Shown here in pieces: positions 23,815-32,355 of a stretch of DNA of 35,091 nt. Both the position numbers and the translations under genes were made by a program. Source of the DNA: a virus (lineage: Duplodnaviria > Caudoviricetes); IMG/VR virus record IMGVR_UViG_3300049070_000074, positions 1-35,091 of that record; one strand, written 5' to 3'. The notes beneath the pieces are model-generated. The model was not told the DNA's origin, did not search any database, and worked only from the letters and a program-made list of their open reading frames with translations. How positions within the stretch are numbered: position 1 is the stretch's first letter; each line of letters begins with the position of its first letter.

Positions 23815-26088
23815 CTAACCGTTCAGGAGTCCAGGCGTGAAGCCCGAGCGGAAGTCGGCGTGGGTGACGCTGCGGATGACATCGTTGATGGAGACTTGCG
23901 TCGTCACCGGAACGTTCACGTTGACGTTGGGGCTGAAGTCCTTGCCGGCGATGGTGTTCAGCTGGGAATTGGTGGTGCCCTGCTGGTCGTTCATCCGCTG
24001 GAAGCCGGTGCCGATGCGTTCGCGGGCTGCATCAATCCTGCGGGCCGTCTCGCGCTGCTCCCGATTCCCTTCGTCAAGGTTGCGATTGGCCTTCGACAGC
24101 CCCTGGTTGACCTCGCCGATGCGGATGGCGATACGGTTGGTCCGAGTGTCGAGAGTCCCATTCAGACGGTGGAGGGTCATCAGCTGCCGCTGGGCGCGGG
24201 CGGCCGCCAGCACATCACCCTTCCTAATGGCTGTGTTGATCCCCTTTTCGGTTTGCTTGATCGCCAGCTCGGTGGCCTTGAACGCGGCCGGCGGGAGCTT
24301 CTTGACATTGACCGGGACGGTGCCGCCCTGGTTGGCCGGGTTGAACTGGCCCTGCGGAGTCGATGGGTTCTGCGGTGGCCCGAACAGGTTATCCAGCAAG
24401 CCATGACCCGTCTTGCTGGCGGCGAAACCGACTCCGTCAATGGACTCCTCGAGATCCTTCAGCGCGTTGGCTGCGGTCACAGCGAAGCCGACGAACCCCA
24501 GCAGGCCGAGGGCCGCCCCGAACCTACCCAGTCCACCGCCAACTCCCGGACCAACGCCCGTTCCACCACCTGGGATTCCCACGTCCTTGACGAACAGCGG
24601 AGCGGCAGGCGAGTTGCCGCGGGTCAGCAGGCCGCCGAGGCCCTTGCCGATGTTCAACAGACCGCTGGTGATGAGTCCGAGCGCCCCGCCGGTAGCACGG
24701 TTGACGACGGCGCCAGCGATCAGCGCCGACTTGAGTGGACCCGGCAGAGCGTTGAAGGCGTCAAACGCCGTCTTCATCACGCCGGCGGCTTGCTTCAGCG
24801 TGTCGATGGCATCATCGAACCCGCCGGACTTGAACTCCTGGACGAAGCCGCGGACACCGTCGGCCAGACCAGTGGCGAACTCTTTGATCTGGCGCTGCGT
24901 TCCCGGCTTGTTCAGGAAGTCCACGAACTCTGCGGACAGGTCGCGGATAACCGGCAGCAACTCGGCGCCGATGGTGTTCGCCGCGATGCGGACGTTGTTG
25001 ACGACCACCCTCAACGCGCTCTCGGTGGTGGCGGCCCGCTTGGCGAACTCCTCGTTGAGCGCGGCGTTCTTGTCCCACGCCTCTGACGCGTTATCTAGGC
25101 TCGTGGTGAGGTTGTCGGTATTGCCGGCCAAGCCCAACAGCACGCGCTGGAGCCGGATGCCCTTCAGGTTCAGATCGTCCAGCACCTGGAGCTGAGCGGC
25201 CTTGGGCAACTTACCAAGCCCGATGAGGAAGTCTTGCAGCGCCCCGCCGGCATCTTCCTTGAACGCCTTTTTGAAGGCCGAACCAGTGACACCGGCAGTG
25301 TCGGCCATGATCTTTAGGCGATCTGTGAGGCTGACGTTCTTCTGCGCCTGGAGGAAGAACGTCTGGAGCGCCGAACCGCCAGCCTCGGTCTGCACGCCAA
25401 GGTTGGCCACCGCCGATGACCAGCCAAGCGTCGCGTCCTTGGCCACGCCGATCAGCGCAGCACCGGCACCGGCGCGGGATGCGATCTCGAGGATTTGGGA
25501 CTCGGTGCTGGCACCCTTGTTGCCGAGATCCACCAGTGCGGCGCCGAAGTTGTCGAACTCGTCTGCGGTCAGGCCGAGGACGTTCTGCAACTGGCCCAGC
25601 GCCGTAGCCGCTTGATCGCTGCTGACGTCGGTGGTCGCACCGATCTTGGCCACGACCTCGGTGAAGGCGAGGATGTCATCCTTGGCGATGCCCAGCGCAC
25701 CAGCCTGCTCACCGATGCCCTCCAGCTCCTCGACCGAGAGCGGGATGGTCTTGGACAGGTTTAGGAATCCCTGCTCCAGTTTCTCCAACTCAGCGGGAGT
25801 GGCCTCCACCGTCTTGGCCACGCCCGCGAAGGCGGATTCAAAGTCGATGGCCGTCTTGACCACCGCCGTCAGCCCACCTGCCGCCACCACGCCGGCGCGC
25901 ACACCGAGCGTGGTCAGGCCGCTGCCTACCTGCCGGATGCCGTGGCCAATCTGGACACCGCTGCGCTGAAGGCTGTTCATCCGGCCTTCAAAGCTGCCGA
26001 GTTGGCCCTCGGCCGCCTTGAGCGGCTTGCTGAACTGATCCTGCAGCGTCAGCTGCGCGACAAGCTTGGCGGTATCGGCAAGTGCCAC
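23815..26088 (-). CDS. Tail tape measure protein (TP901-family core)
   Basis: AIDFESAFAGVAKTV, AGALGI, LVDLGNKGASTESQI, EAGGSA; Ala/Gly-rich helical. Confidence 0.92.
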   Translation of the reverse strand: MALADTAKLVAQLTLQDQFSKPLKAAEGQLGSFEGRMNSLQRSGVQIGHGIRQVGSGLTTLGVRAGVVAAGGLTAVVKTAIDFESAFAGVAKTVEATPAELEKLEQGFLNLSKTIPLSVEELEGIGEQAGALGIAKDDILAFTEVVAKIGATTDVSSDQAATALGQLQNVLGLTADEFDNFGAALVDLGNKGASTESQILEIASRAGAGAALIGVAKDATLGWSSAVANLGVQTEAGGSALQTFFLQAQKNVSLTDRLKIMADTAGVTGSAFKKAFKEDAGGALQDFLIGLGKLPKAAQLQVLDDLNLKGIRLQRVLLGLAGNTDNLTTSLDNASEAWDKNAALNEEFAKRAATTESALRVVVNNVRIAANTIGAELLPVIRDLSAEFVDFLNKPGTQRQIKEFATGLADGVRGFVQEFKSGGFDDAIDTLKQAAGVMKTAFDAFNALPGPLKSALIAGAVVNRATGGALGLITSGLLNIGKGLGGLLTRGNSPAAPLFVKDVGIPGGGTGVGPGVGGGLGRFGAALGLLGFVGFAVTAANALKDLEESIDGVGFAASKTGHGLLDNLFGPPQNPSTPQGQFNPANQGGTVPVNVKKLPPAAFKATELAIKQTEKGINTAIRKGDVLAAARAQRQLMTLHRLNGTLDTRTNRIAIRIGEVNQGLSKANRNLDEGNREQRETARRIDAARERIGTGFQRMNDQQGTTNSQLNTIAGKDFSPNVNVNVPVTTQVSINDVIRSVTHADFRSGFTPGLLNG

Positions 26089-26367
26089 TTACATACTCCG
26101 CAGGGCGCGGCGGCGCGCATCGTCAGCCGCGTTCATCCGCGCCTCAGATTCCTCGATCAAGCGACCAACCCCCATCTGCGCTAGGAACTGGAGTCGCCAT
26201 CGAGCGACGCCGTGATCGTCACGGTGCCGTCCGTCTGGGTAGTGGTAGTCGAGGATCGCTTCGAGCGCTTCCGGCGCTTGGTTGACGATGCTGTCCCAGT
26301 CGTTGCTGATGTCTCGCCGGTGGCCGGCGAAGTCTGCGATGAGACTGCGGCCATCGTCACTAAAGGG
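26089..26367 (-). CDS. -1 frameshift extension (gpGT-like) of the tail assembly chaperone
   Basis: Slippery C CCT TTA at 26361-26367; the -1 frame is open for about 90 codons to TAA abutting the TMP start. Confidence 0.8.
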   Translation of the reverse strand, partial: PFSDDGRSLIADFAGHRRDISNDWDSIVNQAPEALEAILDYHYPDGRHRDDHGVARWRLQFLAQMGVGRLIEESEARMNAADDARRRALRSM

Positions 26368-26702
26368 ACGACCACCTCTTTCGCGTAGAGTTCGTCGCCC
26401 TTCAGCGCCACTAGGATGGACCGCGGGTCATCCTCGGCGAACTTCGCCAGGTGGTCGCCGTCAATGGGCATCGTCCGACCGTCGCCGTTGGACAGATTCC
26501 AGTCGGCAATCCCAAAGCGGGTGTAGCCGATGGCCAACTGCATTTCAGCGACGGCCACGTCGTCTACCGCAGCGCCGCGGATCACGGCCAAGGCGCGAGC
26601 CATGCCGAGCTTGGGCCGCAAATACACTTCGTCGCCGTCTGCGTGCGGCGTGCCGGGGCATGTGCAGGTCCCGATTGGGACCCGCACCAGTCCGTCTTCC
26701 AT
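26181..26702 (-). CDS. Tail assembly chaperone (gpG-like)
   Basis: Between the tube and TMP genes; Ser/Thr-rich tail after the slippery site. Confidence 0.8.
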   Translation of the reverse strand: MEDGLVRVPIGTCTCPGTPHADGDEVYLRPKLGMARALAVIRGAAVDDVAVAEMQLAIGYTRFGIADWNLSNGDGRTMPIDGDHLAKFAEDDPRSILVALKGDELYAKEVVVPLVTMAAVSSQTSPATGETSATTGTASSTKRRKRSKRSSTTTTQTDGTVTITASLDGDSSS

Positions 26703-26714
26703 TGTTCTGGCCTC

Positions 26715-27794
26715 CTACAGGTCGGCGGTGGCCAGCGTGTTCACTACGGTCGTGCTGAACGGGAAGCCCAGCACCTCGTCGAGGAACGCCTCAGCGGTCA
26801 GGATGACCACCGAGTTGTTGCCGATCTCGCCATGCTCCCGCTGGAAGTACCGCGCTGGCATGCTGAACTCCCAGCTGTACGGGGTGGCCGGCGTCTCGGC
26901 AATCGAGGTGGACTCGAAGGCGAATCGGAAGTAACGCGCCACCGGGTCATCCGCACTCCAGGCATCGGACTCCGATCCAACGCCCACCGTGTCGGCCGTC
27001 TTGGCGTAGGTCACCGCCAGGTTGATCCGCGTCGCTCCCCGGCCGTACTGCTCCACCGCGAAGCTCTGCGTGCCGTCGGCATACCGCTTCTCATCCACTT
27101 CCTGGGTGAGCTCGAGGTTGAACTTGTGGACCGCGCCCGACAGTTGCGTGGTGCCGATGTCCGACCCATCGCTGTCGAGGTAGACGGTGCAGTCCTTGAG
27201 GTAGACCCGCGTGGGCTGCGTGTCCGGTCGGTCGGTGATCGACGGGATGGTGAAGCCGGGAGCGATGTCGGTCGAGCCGGCATAGCGGATGTCCGCGAAC
27301 TTCAAGCCCAGCGCTGCGGTCAGAACACCGCCGCCCTGGTCTGGCGAGTCAATGGACAGGCTGGTGATGATGCCGTCGATGTACTGCTCCCAGTCGTTCG
27401 GGTTGCCGCCAGTGCCGTCGGCGTCGTCGCCGAACTCGTAACTGAAGACGTCGAAGTCCTCGCCACCGAGGCCGTCCGGCGTCCACTCCCACGTCTTGCC
27501 GGTGCCGGCACCGGCAGCCGTCTCGGCGTTGCCGAAGAAACCCGCGAACATCAGCGGCAGGTCGTTGTACGACAGGTTGGTGTCGTTGAGGGTGAAGTTC
27601 AGATCCGGTGCGCCCTTGAAGCGAGGCACGACCGGGTACAGCGAACCGAAGTCGCCTTCAGGCTCCTGCAGATTCAGGTTGGGGGTGGGTGTTCCGCTGA
27701 ATGGGTAGGCACGCACGGCTGGAACCGCGGTACCGATGGCCGACTGCCGTCCAAACAGGTGGCGGCGCAATCGGCTCTTGCCGAGGATGGGCAT
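26715..27794 (-). CDS. Major tail tube protein
   Basis: Size, beta-rich acidic sequence, strong AGGAG RBS, synteny. Confidence 0.8.
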   Translation of the reverse strand: MPILGKSRLRRHLFGRQSAIGTAVPAVRAYPFSGTPTPNLNLQEPEGDFGSLYPVVPRFKGAPDLNFTLNDTNLSYNDLPLMFAGFFGNAETAAGAGTGKTWEWTPDGLGGEDFDVFSYEFGDDADGTGGNPNDWEQYIDGIITSLSIDSPDQGGGVLTAALGLKFADIRYAGSTDIAPGFTIPSITDRPDTQPTRVYLKDCTVYLDSDGSDIGTTQLSGAVHKFNLELTQEVDEKRYADGTQSFAVEQYGRGATRINLAVTYAKTADTVGVGSESDAWSADDPVARYFRFAFESTSIAETPATPYSWEFSMPARYFQREHGEIGNNSVVILTAEAFLDEVLGFPFSTTVVNTLATADL

Positions 27795-27864
27795 TGGAAG
27801 CTCCTACTTCGCTAACGGGATGTGCCCCTACCGACCGGGGCGGTGGTCTATGGAGCTGGACGGC

Positions 27865-28329
27865 TCAGTCCTCGATGTTCACCTCCAAGGTGATGACCGT
27901 CGCGTAGTACGCGACCTGCTGTGCCGGAGGCACCCAATCGGGGACGTAGTTCGCGTTGTCGCGCAGTGACAGGCGGGCCAAGACCGAGGTAGGACCGGCC
28001 AGCCCGGCGGCGCGATGGGAGCGAAGCCAGGAAAGGAAGGAATCAACGAAGGCGTTGCGCTGCTCGACCGCATCCTTGGAGTCGAACAGGCCATGCAGCG
28101 CCACGATGTCCACCTCCATCGTGTGATCCATCGCCTGAAAGTCGTGGACGCCGCTGAACTCGACCGTATCCCGACGCTCGTCCTGCCAGATTGACGGCGG
28201 GTGCAGGCTGGCCGGACGGCCGGGGTAGACCTGCAGGTTCAGGCCGGAGTCGGTCTTGAACGCCTGCAGCGTGGACTCGATGTTGGTGGAAACGCTGACG
28301 GCGGCGGTGGTATCGGGCCAGGTAACCAT
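27865..28329 (-). CDS. Tail terminator / completion protein
   Basis: Synteny; LQVYPGRPASLHPP pattern. Confidence 0.6.
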   Translation of the reverse strand: MVTWPDTTAAVSVSTNIESTLQAFKTDSGLNLQVYPGRPASLHPPSIWQDERRDTVEFSGVHDFQAMDHTMEVDIVALHGLFDSKDAVEQRNAFVDSFLSWLRSHRAAGLAGPTSVLARLSLRDNANYVPDWVPPAQQVAYYATVITLEVNIED

Positions 28330-28752
28330 CTACGCCGCCTCGTTCCACAACTCGATGAGGCGCCGGGACAGTGGATTGCGGCGCAGTCCCTCATGCGCGG
28401 CACGGCTCTTGAACTTGTTGCCGGCGGTGGCGCGCTTGTGGACCTTCTTGGCGAAGACGGTGCGCCCGCCCTCAACCTCGAACGCCAGGATCTTGGCGTT
28501 CTTCGGCACGATGTCATGCGCCTTGGTCCCGGCGTCGATGAAGTTGACCGGGTAGAACCCGACCACGGTAGCCGTCTTCTGGCTGCCGAGGCGGCGACGG
28601 ATGGACGCCTGCGTCTTGCCGGTTCGGACTGGCACCATCGTCTTGGCGATCTTGGCGGTGTCATCCGCCCAGGTGCGGCCGTAGTCCTTGCCGACTAGGC
28701 GAATCGCCTTCAGCCGTCGCTTGAGTTCCGGTGACCCGATCAGGCGCGTCAT
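28330..28752 (-). CDS. HK97 gp10-like tail completion protein
   Basis: PVRTGK..SI, FIDAGTKAHDIVPK, VFAKKVH. Confidence 0.8.
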   Translation of the reverse strand: MTRLIGSPELKRRLKAIRLVGKDYGRTWADDTAKIAKTMVPVRTGKTQASIRRRLGSQKTATVVGFYPVNFIDAGTKAHDIVPKNAKILAFEVEGGRTVFAKKVHKRATAGNKFKSRAAHEGLRRNPLSRRLIELWNEAA

Positions 28753-28905
28753 CTACTCGGTTGCCTCGCCATCGGCCGCAGGGGCCGTCTCAGGGGCTTC
28801 AGGGGCCTCCTGCTCGACCGTCTTGGCGGCACGCTGACGGCGTCGACGAGGCGCCCTCTTGGCTTCCTCGCGGCGCTTGATTGCTTCGTAGGTCTTGCTG
28901 CTCAT
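28753..28905 (-). CDS. 50-aa basic/acidic low-complexity protein
   Basis: MSSKTYEAIKRREEAKRAPRRRRQRAAKTVEQEAPEAPETAPAADGEATE; fills the gap exactly. Confidence 0.6.
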   Translation of the reverse strand: MSSKTYEAIKRREEAKRAPRRRRQRAAKTVEQEAPEAPETAPAADGEATE

Positions 28906-29231
28906 GCGATGGCAAACCTCCGGCGATGGCCGCGGATAGCGGCCTGGTACACGGGGTCTTGGCGGATGGAGGTCACCGCCGCCACCTGCCGCTTCAGGGT
29001 TGCGAACTTGATGGCTGCCGCCATGGCAGCGTCGGCTAGAGACGCGTCTGGTTCATCGACCAGCTCGTCCCAATCGCCGACGTCCTGCTTGACGTAGGCG
29101 ATGGCCGCAGCCAGCGCCCGACTGAGGCGGGTGGAGAACGCGTCTTCCGACTCGTCCTCCAACCCGTCCCACTCGTTGCCGGTGACGTCGAGGAACTGCT
29201 TCAGCTCCTCCACGTCAGGCCACTCGACCAT
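28902..29231 (-). CDS. Head-tail connector (HK97 gp6-like)
   Basis: WPDVEELKQFL...ALAAAIAYV; follows the capsid gene. Confidence 0.75.
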   Translation of the reverse strand: MVEWPDVEELKQFLDVTGNEWDGLEDESEDAFSTRLSRALAAAIAYVKQDVGDWDELVDEPDASLADAAMAAAIKFATLKRQVAAVTSIRQDPVYQAAIRGHRRRFAIA

Positions 29232-30884
29232 TTAGGAGGCCAGGTCGAACGTGGTGAACGCTGCCGGGGCCAGCGGCATATAGAAGATCGTGCCCGCCAG
29301 AGCGATGTCACGACCCAGGATCGCCGGCTTGTCAGCCTGCAGCTCGAACGTGCCGTCCTCGGCCCATGCGTACTGCTCACTGGGACCGACGATGGCATCC
29401 ACGCCGGAACCTGCCAGCGCGGGAACCACAACCACCCGCAGACCGGACACGGTGCCCGACTGCCCGCCCGCGTTCAGCGAGCTGGTGATGCCCGCATACA
29501 GCGGAGCATTGGTGGTGTTGGCCTTGGCGTCGATGAACGCTGCCATCGCCGCCGGGGACAGCCACAGGGTGTCCGGCGGAGTCAGCGCCACGTCCATCGC
29601 GTTCTCCCACGCCTGACCCAGGGTCAGGTCGTTCGGGTCGATGGATCCGCCGTCCTGCGGCGTGGTCGCCGGGCCGGACCCGACGGTGATGCCGTTCAGC
29701 AGGGCGGCCACGCCCTCGGCCTCAGCCTTGGCGGCATAGGCCGCGAACATCGCTCGGCGCAGCAGGTCGAAGTAGGTGCGAGGCCCACGACGAATGAACT
29801 GCATCGAGATGTCCACCGCGCCGGCGATGGTGATGCCCGGGATCAGGGCGTTCTCGATCTTCAGCGCCGCGCTGGCGACCTCGGTCTTCTCCTCCGACTG
29901 GACGTCGGCCTCGGGACTCTGGGTCATCACCGGGATGCTGATTGCGGCACCCGACTCCGGCGCAGCCACCTCGTTGGTGGATGACAGGAACGGGCGGCGC
30001 GGGTTGACGAAGGCGACGATCTCGGGGCGAACCGCGTCGGGGACGTACTGGTCACCGAGCAGGACATCCGCCAGCTCGCGCTCCTCGAGCTGCCGCGAGT
30101 TCAGCGGCTCACCGGCGCGAGTCTTCAGCACGGCCTCGAGCCAGCTGTAGAACTTCGGTGCGGCATCCGCCTTATGCGGGACGACGATGGCCGAGCGCTC
30201 GCGCTCCTCCATCTTCTCTAGACGATCAAGGATCTTCTCGTTGGTCTCGTCGGACTTCTCGTCCCGAGCCTTGAAGGCGGCCTCGATCTGGTTGCTAATG
30301 ACCGAGAGATCAACGGCGGTCGTCTGCTCGGCCGGGTTCTCGGCCACTGGGGTCTCCTCTTCCTGCTCGCGGATAGCGAGCACTTGTGCCTGCTGGTAGG
30401 CAGGCATCCAGGTGGTGGACACCTCGCGCAGAACTGCGCGGGTGTAGACAGCCGTCCGGTGGCCATCGACGCTGCGGTACTCGGTTCCACCCGGCACCGT
30501 CTCGAAGCCAACGGACACACCCTTCGTCACGCCATCGCTGGCGAGCGTCAGGATCTCGTCGCCTTTCTGGGTCTTAGAAACCCGGAAGGCCATGTAGGCG
30601 CCGTCCTCGCGGTCCTCGATGGAGAGGCCACGGCCGGCGGGTGGGTCCTGGTGCGACATCCGCAGCACCACGTCCCCGGCTTGGGTGTCACTGAAGGCGC
30701 CGCGAGCGAACATCTCCCGACCAGCACTGGTCTGGATGACGCTGTTCCACGGCACGATGCGGGCTTCGATCTCCCGCTTCTCGAGGTCGCGGACTTGGAT
30801 ACCGTCAAGCGGCAGCTCGCGGCTCTCGGTCTGCTCTACTTCGGCCTCTGCCGATTCCTCAGCCTGCTGCTCGATGTCAGGCAT
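29232..30884 (-). CDS. Prohead protease - major capsid protein fusion (HK97 fold)
   Basis: Protease EMFARGAF, MSH, GVSVGF, LREVS; coiled-coil delta region; capsid motifs such as ISMQFI and VSGLRVVV; start MPDIEQQ at 30884. Confidence 0.9.
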   Translation of the reverse strand: MPDIEQQAEESAEAEVEQTESRELPLDGIQVRDLEKREIEARIVPWNSVIQTSAGREMFARGAFSDTQAGDVVLRMSHQDPPAGRGLSIEDREDGAYMAFRVSKTQKGDEILTLASDGVTKGVSVGFETVPGGTEYRSVDGHRTAVYTRAVLREVSTTWMPAYQQAQVLAIREQEEETPVAENPAEQTTAVDLSVISNQIEAAFKARDEKSDETNEKILDRLEKMEERERSAIVVPHKADAAPKFYSWLEAVLKTRAGEPLNSRQLEERELADVLLGDQYVPDAVRPEIVAFVNPRRPFLSSTNEVAAPESGAAISIPVMTQSPEADVQSEEKTEVASAALKIENALIPGITIAGAVDISMQFIRRGPRTYFDLLRRAMFAAYAAKAEAEGVAALLNGITVGSGPATTPQDGGSIDPNDLTLGQAWENAMDVALTPPDTLWLSPAAMAAFIDAKANTTNAPLYAGITSSLNAGGQSGTVSGLRVVVVPALAGSGVDAIVGPSEQYAWAEDGTFELQADKPAILGRDIALAGTIFYMPLAPAAFTTFDLAS

Positions 30885-31074
30885 TGAGGCGCTCGACAAT
30901 CTCGGCCTTGGTGCCGGAGGCATCCACGCCCCGCTCCTCGGCCTCAGCGACGAGTTCGGCCTTGGTCAGCGACTCGTCAACTACGGGGGCGGTAGCAGCC
31001 TTGGTGCGCTTCCCGCCGATGCGGCGCAGACGGATGGACCGTCCGACCTGGAAGGTTTCCCACTGCTTAGACAC
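30877..31074 (-). CDS. 65-aa SAP/HeH-like helix-extension-helix protein
   Basis: LTKAELVAEAEERGVDASGTKAEIVERL. Confidence 0.75.
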   Translation of the reverse strand: MSKQWETFQVGRSIRLRRIGGKRTKAATAPVVDESLTKAELVAEAEERGVDASGTKAEIVERLNA

Positions 31075-31079
31075 GAAAA

Positions 31080-31120
31080 CGAGGACCTCCTAACCCCGCT
31101 CGGGGTCTCGAAGGTCCTCG
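31080..31120 (-). promoter_or_regulatory. Hairpin sequestering the AGGAGG RBS, followed by a short U run
   Basis: CGAGGACCT...AGGTCCTCG outer stem with inner ACCCCG/CGGGGT. Confidence 0.65.
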
Positions 31121-31184
31121 GTGAGCGTTTACTAGTTGATGCGACTGGGGCTCGGTGGCCCTCGGCGCTGTTCAGTTGCTTCGG

Positions 31185-31209
31185 ATTATATACCGCTTTG
31201 CTTTGTCAA
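31185..31209 (-). promoter_or_regulatory. Capsid-operon promoter candidate TTGACA-N13-TATAAT
   Basis: Two perfect consensus hexamers in an AT-rich gap; short spacer. Confidence 0.6.
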
Positions 31210-31218
31210 GTGCCCCTT

Positions 31219-32355
31219 CTACGCAGTGCGCTTCCACATGCGGACGGTGATGTACGGCGGCAGGTTGCTGCTGGTGGAGTGGGCATCCACGGCGGCCCCG
31301 GACAGGGTGTGCGTGTGAGCTGACCCGGCCGCCGTGGTGCCCGTTGCAACACCGCCGGTTGGGTTGGCGGTGGACAGGCCGGTCGCTTCCGAGCCTGAGG
31401 TTGAGGTGTCCTTCAGCGCCGGGAAGCCAATGACTCCGCCGGTAATGGCGGTGTTGATGTTCTCGACGTGGACGTGGTTGGGAACCTGGGTGTAGGTATG
31501 GGTGTGCGCCGACTCGTTGGCAGCTGTCGGTTGCGTCACCGAATGGTTGGAATGGGAGTGCGTCTTGGCGCCGCCCGTCTCCTCGTCGGTGTCGAAGTCG
31601 GTATCGCTGCCGTTGAAACCGACCAGCATCCGACCAGCACCGAAGGCTGACCACGTACCGTAACCCAGTAGAGTCGCTGGGTTTGTACTGACCACCGACA
31701 GGAAGATGGAGCCGACCGGAAAGGCTTGGGCGGCGCTGCCATCCTGTCCGGCCGGCCCTTCTGGCCCGGTGTCACCCGTATCGCCCTTGGGGCCTTGTGG
31801 TCCGACGTCTCCGGTATCACCCTTCGGTCCCTGCGGACCCGTATCTCCGGTGTCGCCCTTGACGCCTTGCTGGCCTGCCGGACCTTCCGGACCGGCCGGG
31901 CCTTCGGCACCGGCCGGTCCCTCCGGTCCCTGGGGGCCACCTGGACCCTCGGCGCCTACTTCTCCTTGCGGTCCCTGCGGGCCAGTGTCACCAGCAGGCC
32001 CTTGTGGCCCCGTAGAGCCAGTCGCACCAGCAGCTCCATCCGCTCCTGTCGCTCCCTGTGGACCTTCCGGTCCCTGCGGTCCGGCAGGGCCTTGGCTACC
32101 GGCAGGCCCAGCGGGTCCTTCGTTCCCTTGTGGCCCTTGCGATCCGGTGGCACCTGTGTCTCCCTTGTCGCCCTTGGGTCCCTGCGGGCCGGGTGGCCCC
32201 ACCACCCCGCCACTGGCATCGTCAACGGCATTACCGGGAAGGGCCTGCGTGTCTTCGTAGCCAAGGGTCCGCAGGCTCGGCTCGCCAGGCGGCCCGTCTA
32301 CGCCGAGCCGCTCAAACCACAGTTGTCGGAACTTGCGACGAGACCGCTGACTCAT
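31219..32355 (-). CDS. Collagen-like fibre protein with a T4 gp10-C-like terminal domain
   Basis: About 51 uninterrupted Gly-X-Y triplets, then FPVGSIF...[11 protein letters not shown]...GRMLVG...TGGAKTH...[15 protein letters not shown]. Confidence 0.85.
   Translation of the reverse strand: MSQRSRRKFRQLWFERLGVDGPPGEPSLRTLGYEDTQALPGNAVDDASGGVVGPPGPQGPKGDKGDTGATGSQGPQGNEGPAGPAGSQGPAGPQGPEGPQGATGADGAAGATGSTGPQGPAGDTGPQGPQGEVGAEGPGGPQGPEGPAGAEGPAGPEGPAGQQGVKGDTGDTGPQGPKGDTGDVGPQGPKGDTGDTGPEGPAGQDGSAAQAFPVGSIFLSVVSTNPATLLGYGTWSAFGAGRMLVGFNGSDTDFDTDEETGGAKTHSHSNHSVTQPTAANESAHTHTYTQVPNHVHVENINTAITGGVIGFPALKDTSTSGSEATGLSTANPTGGVATGTTAAGSAHTHTLSGAAVDAHSTSSNLPPYITVRMWKRTA

Noticed and set aside
23470-25086. 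Long plus-strand ORFs (also 22156-23370, 26451-27815, 5488-6426, 34338-35045)
   Set aside because: Antisense shadows of real high-GC genes; no RBS or recognisable motifs
31706-32260. Plus-strand Pro/Gly-repeat ORF
   Set aside because: Mirror of the collagen codons on the opposite strand
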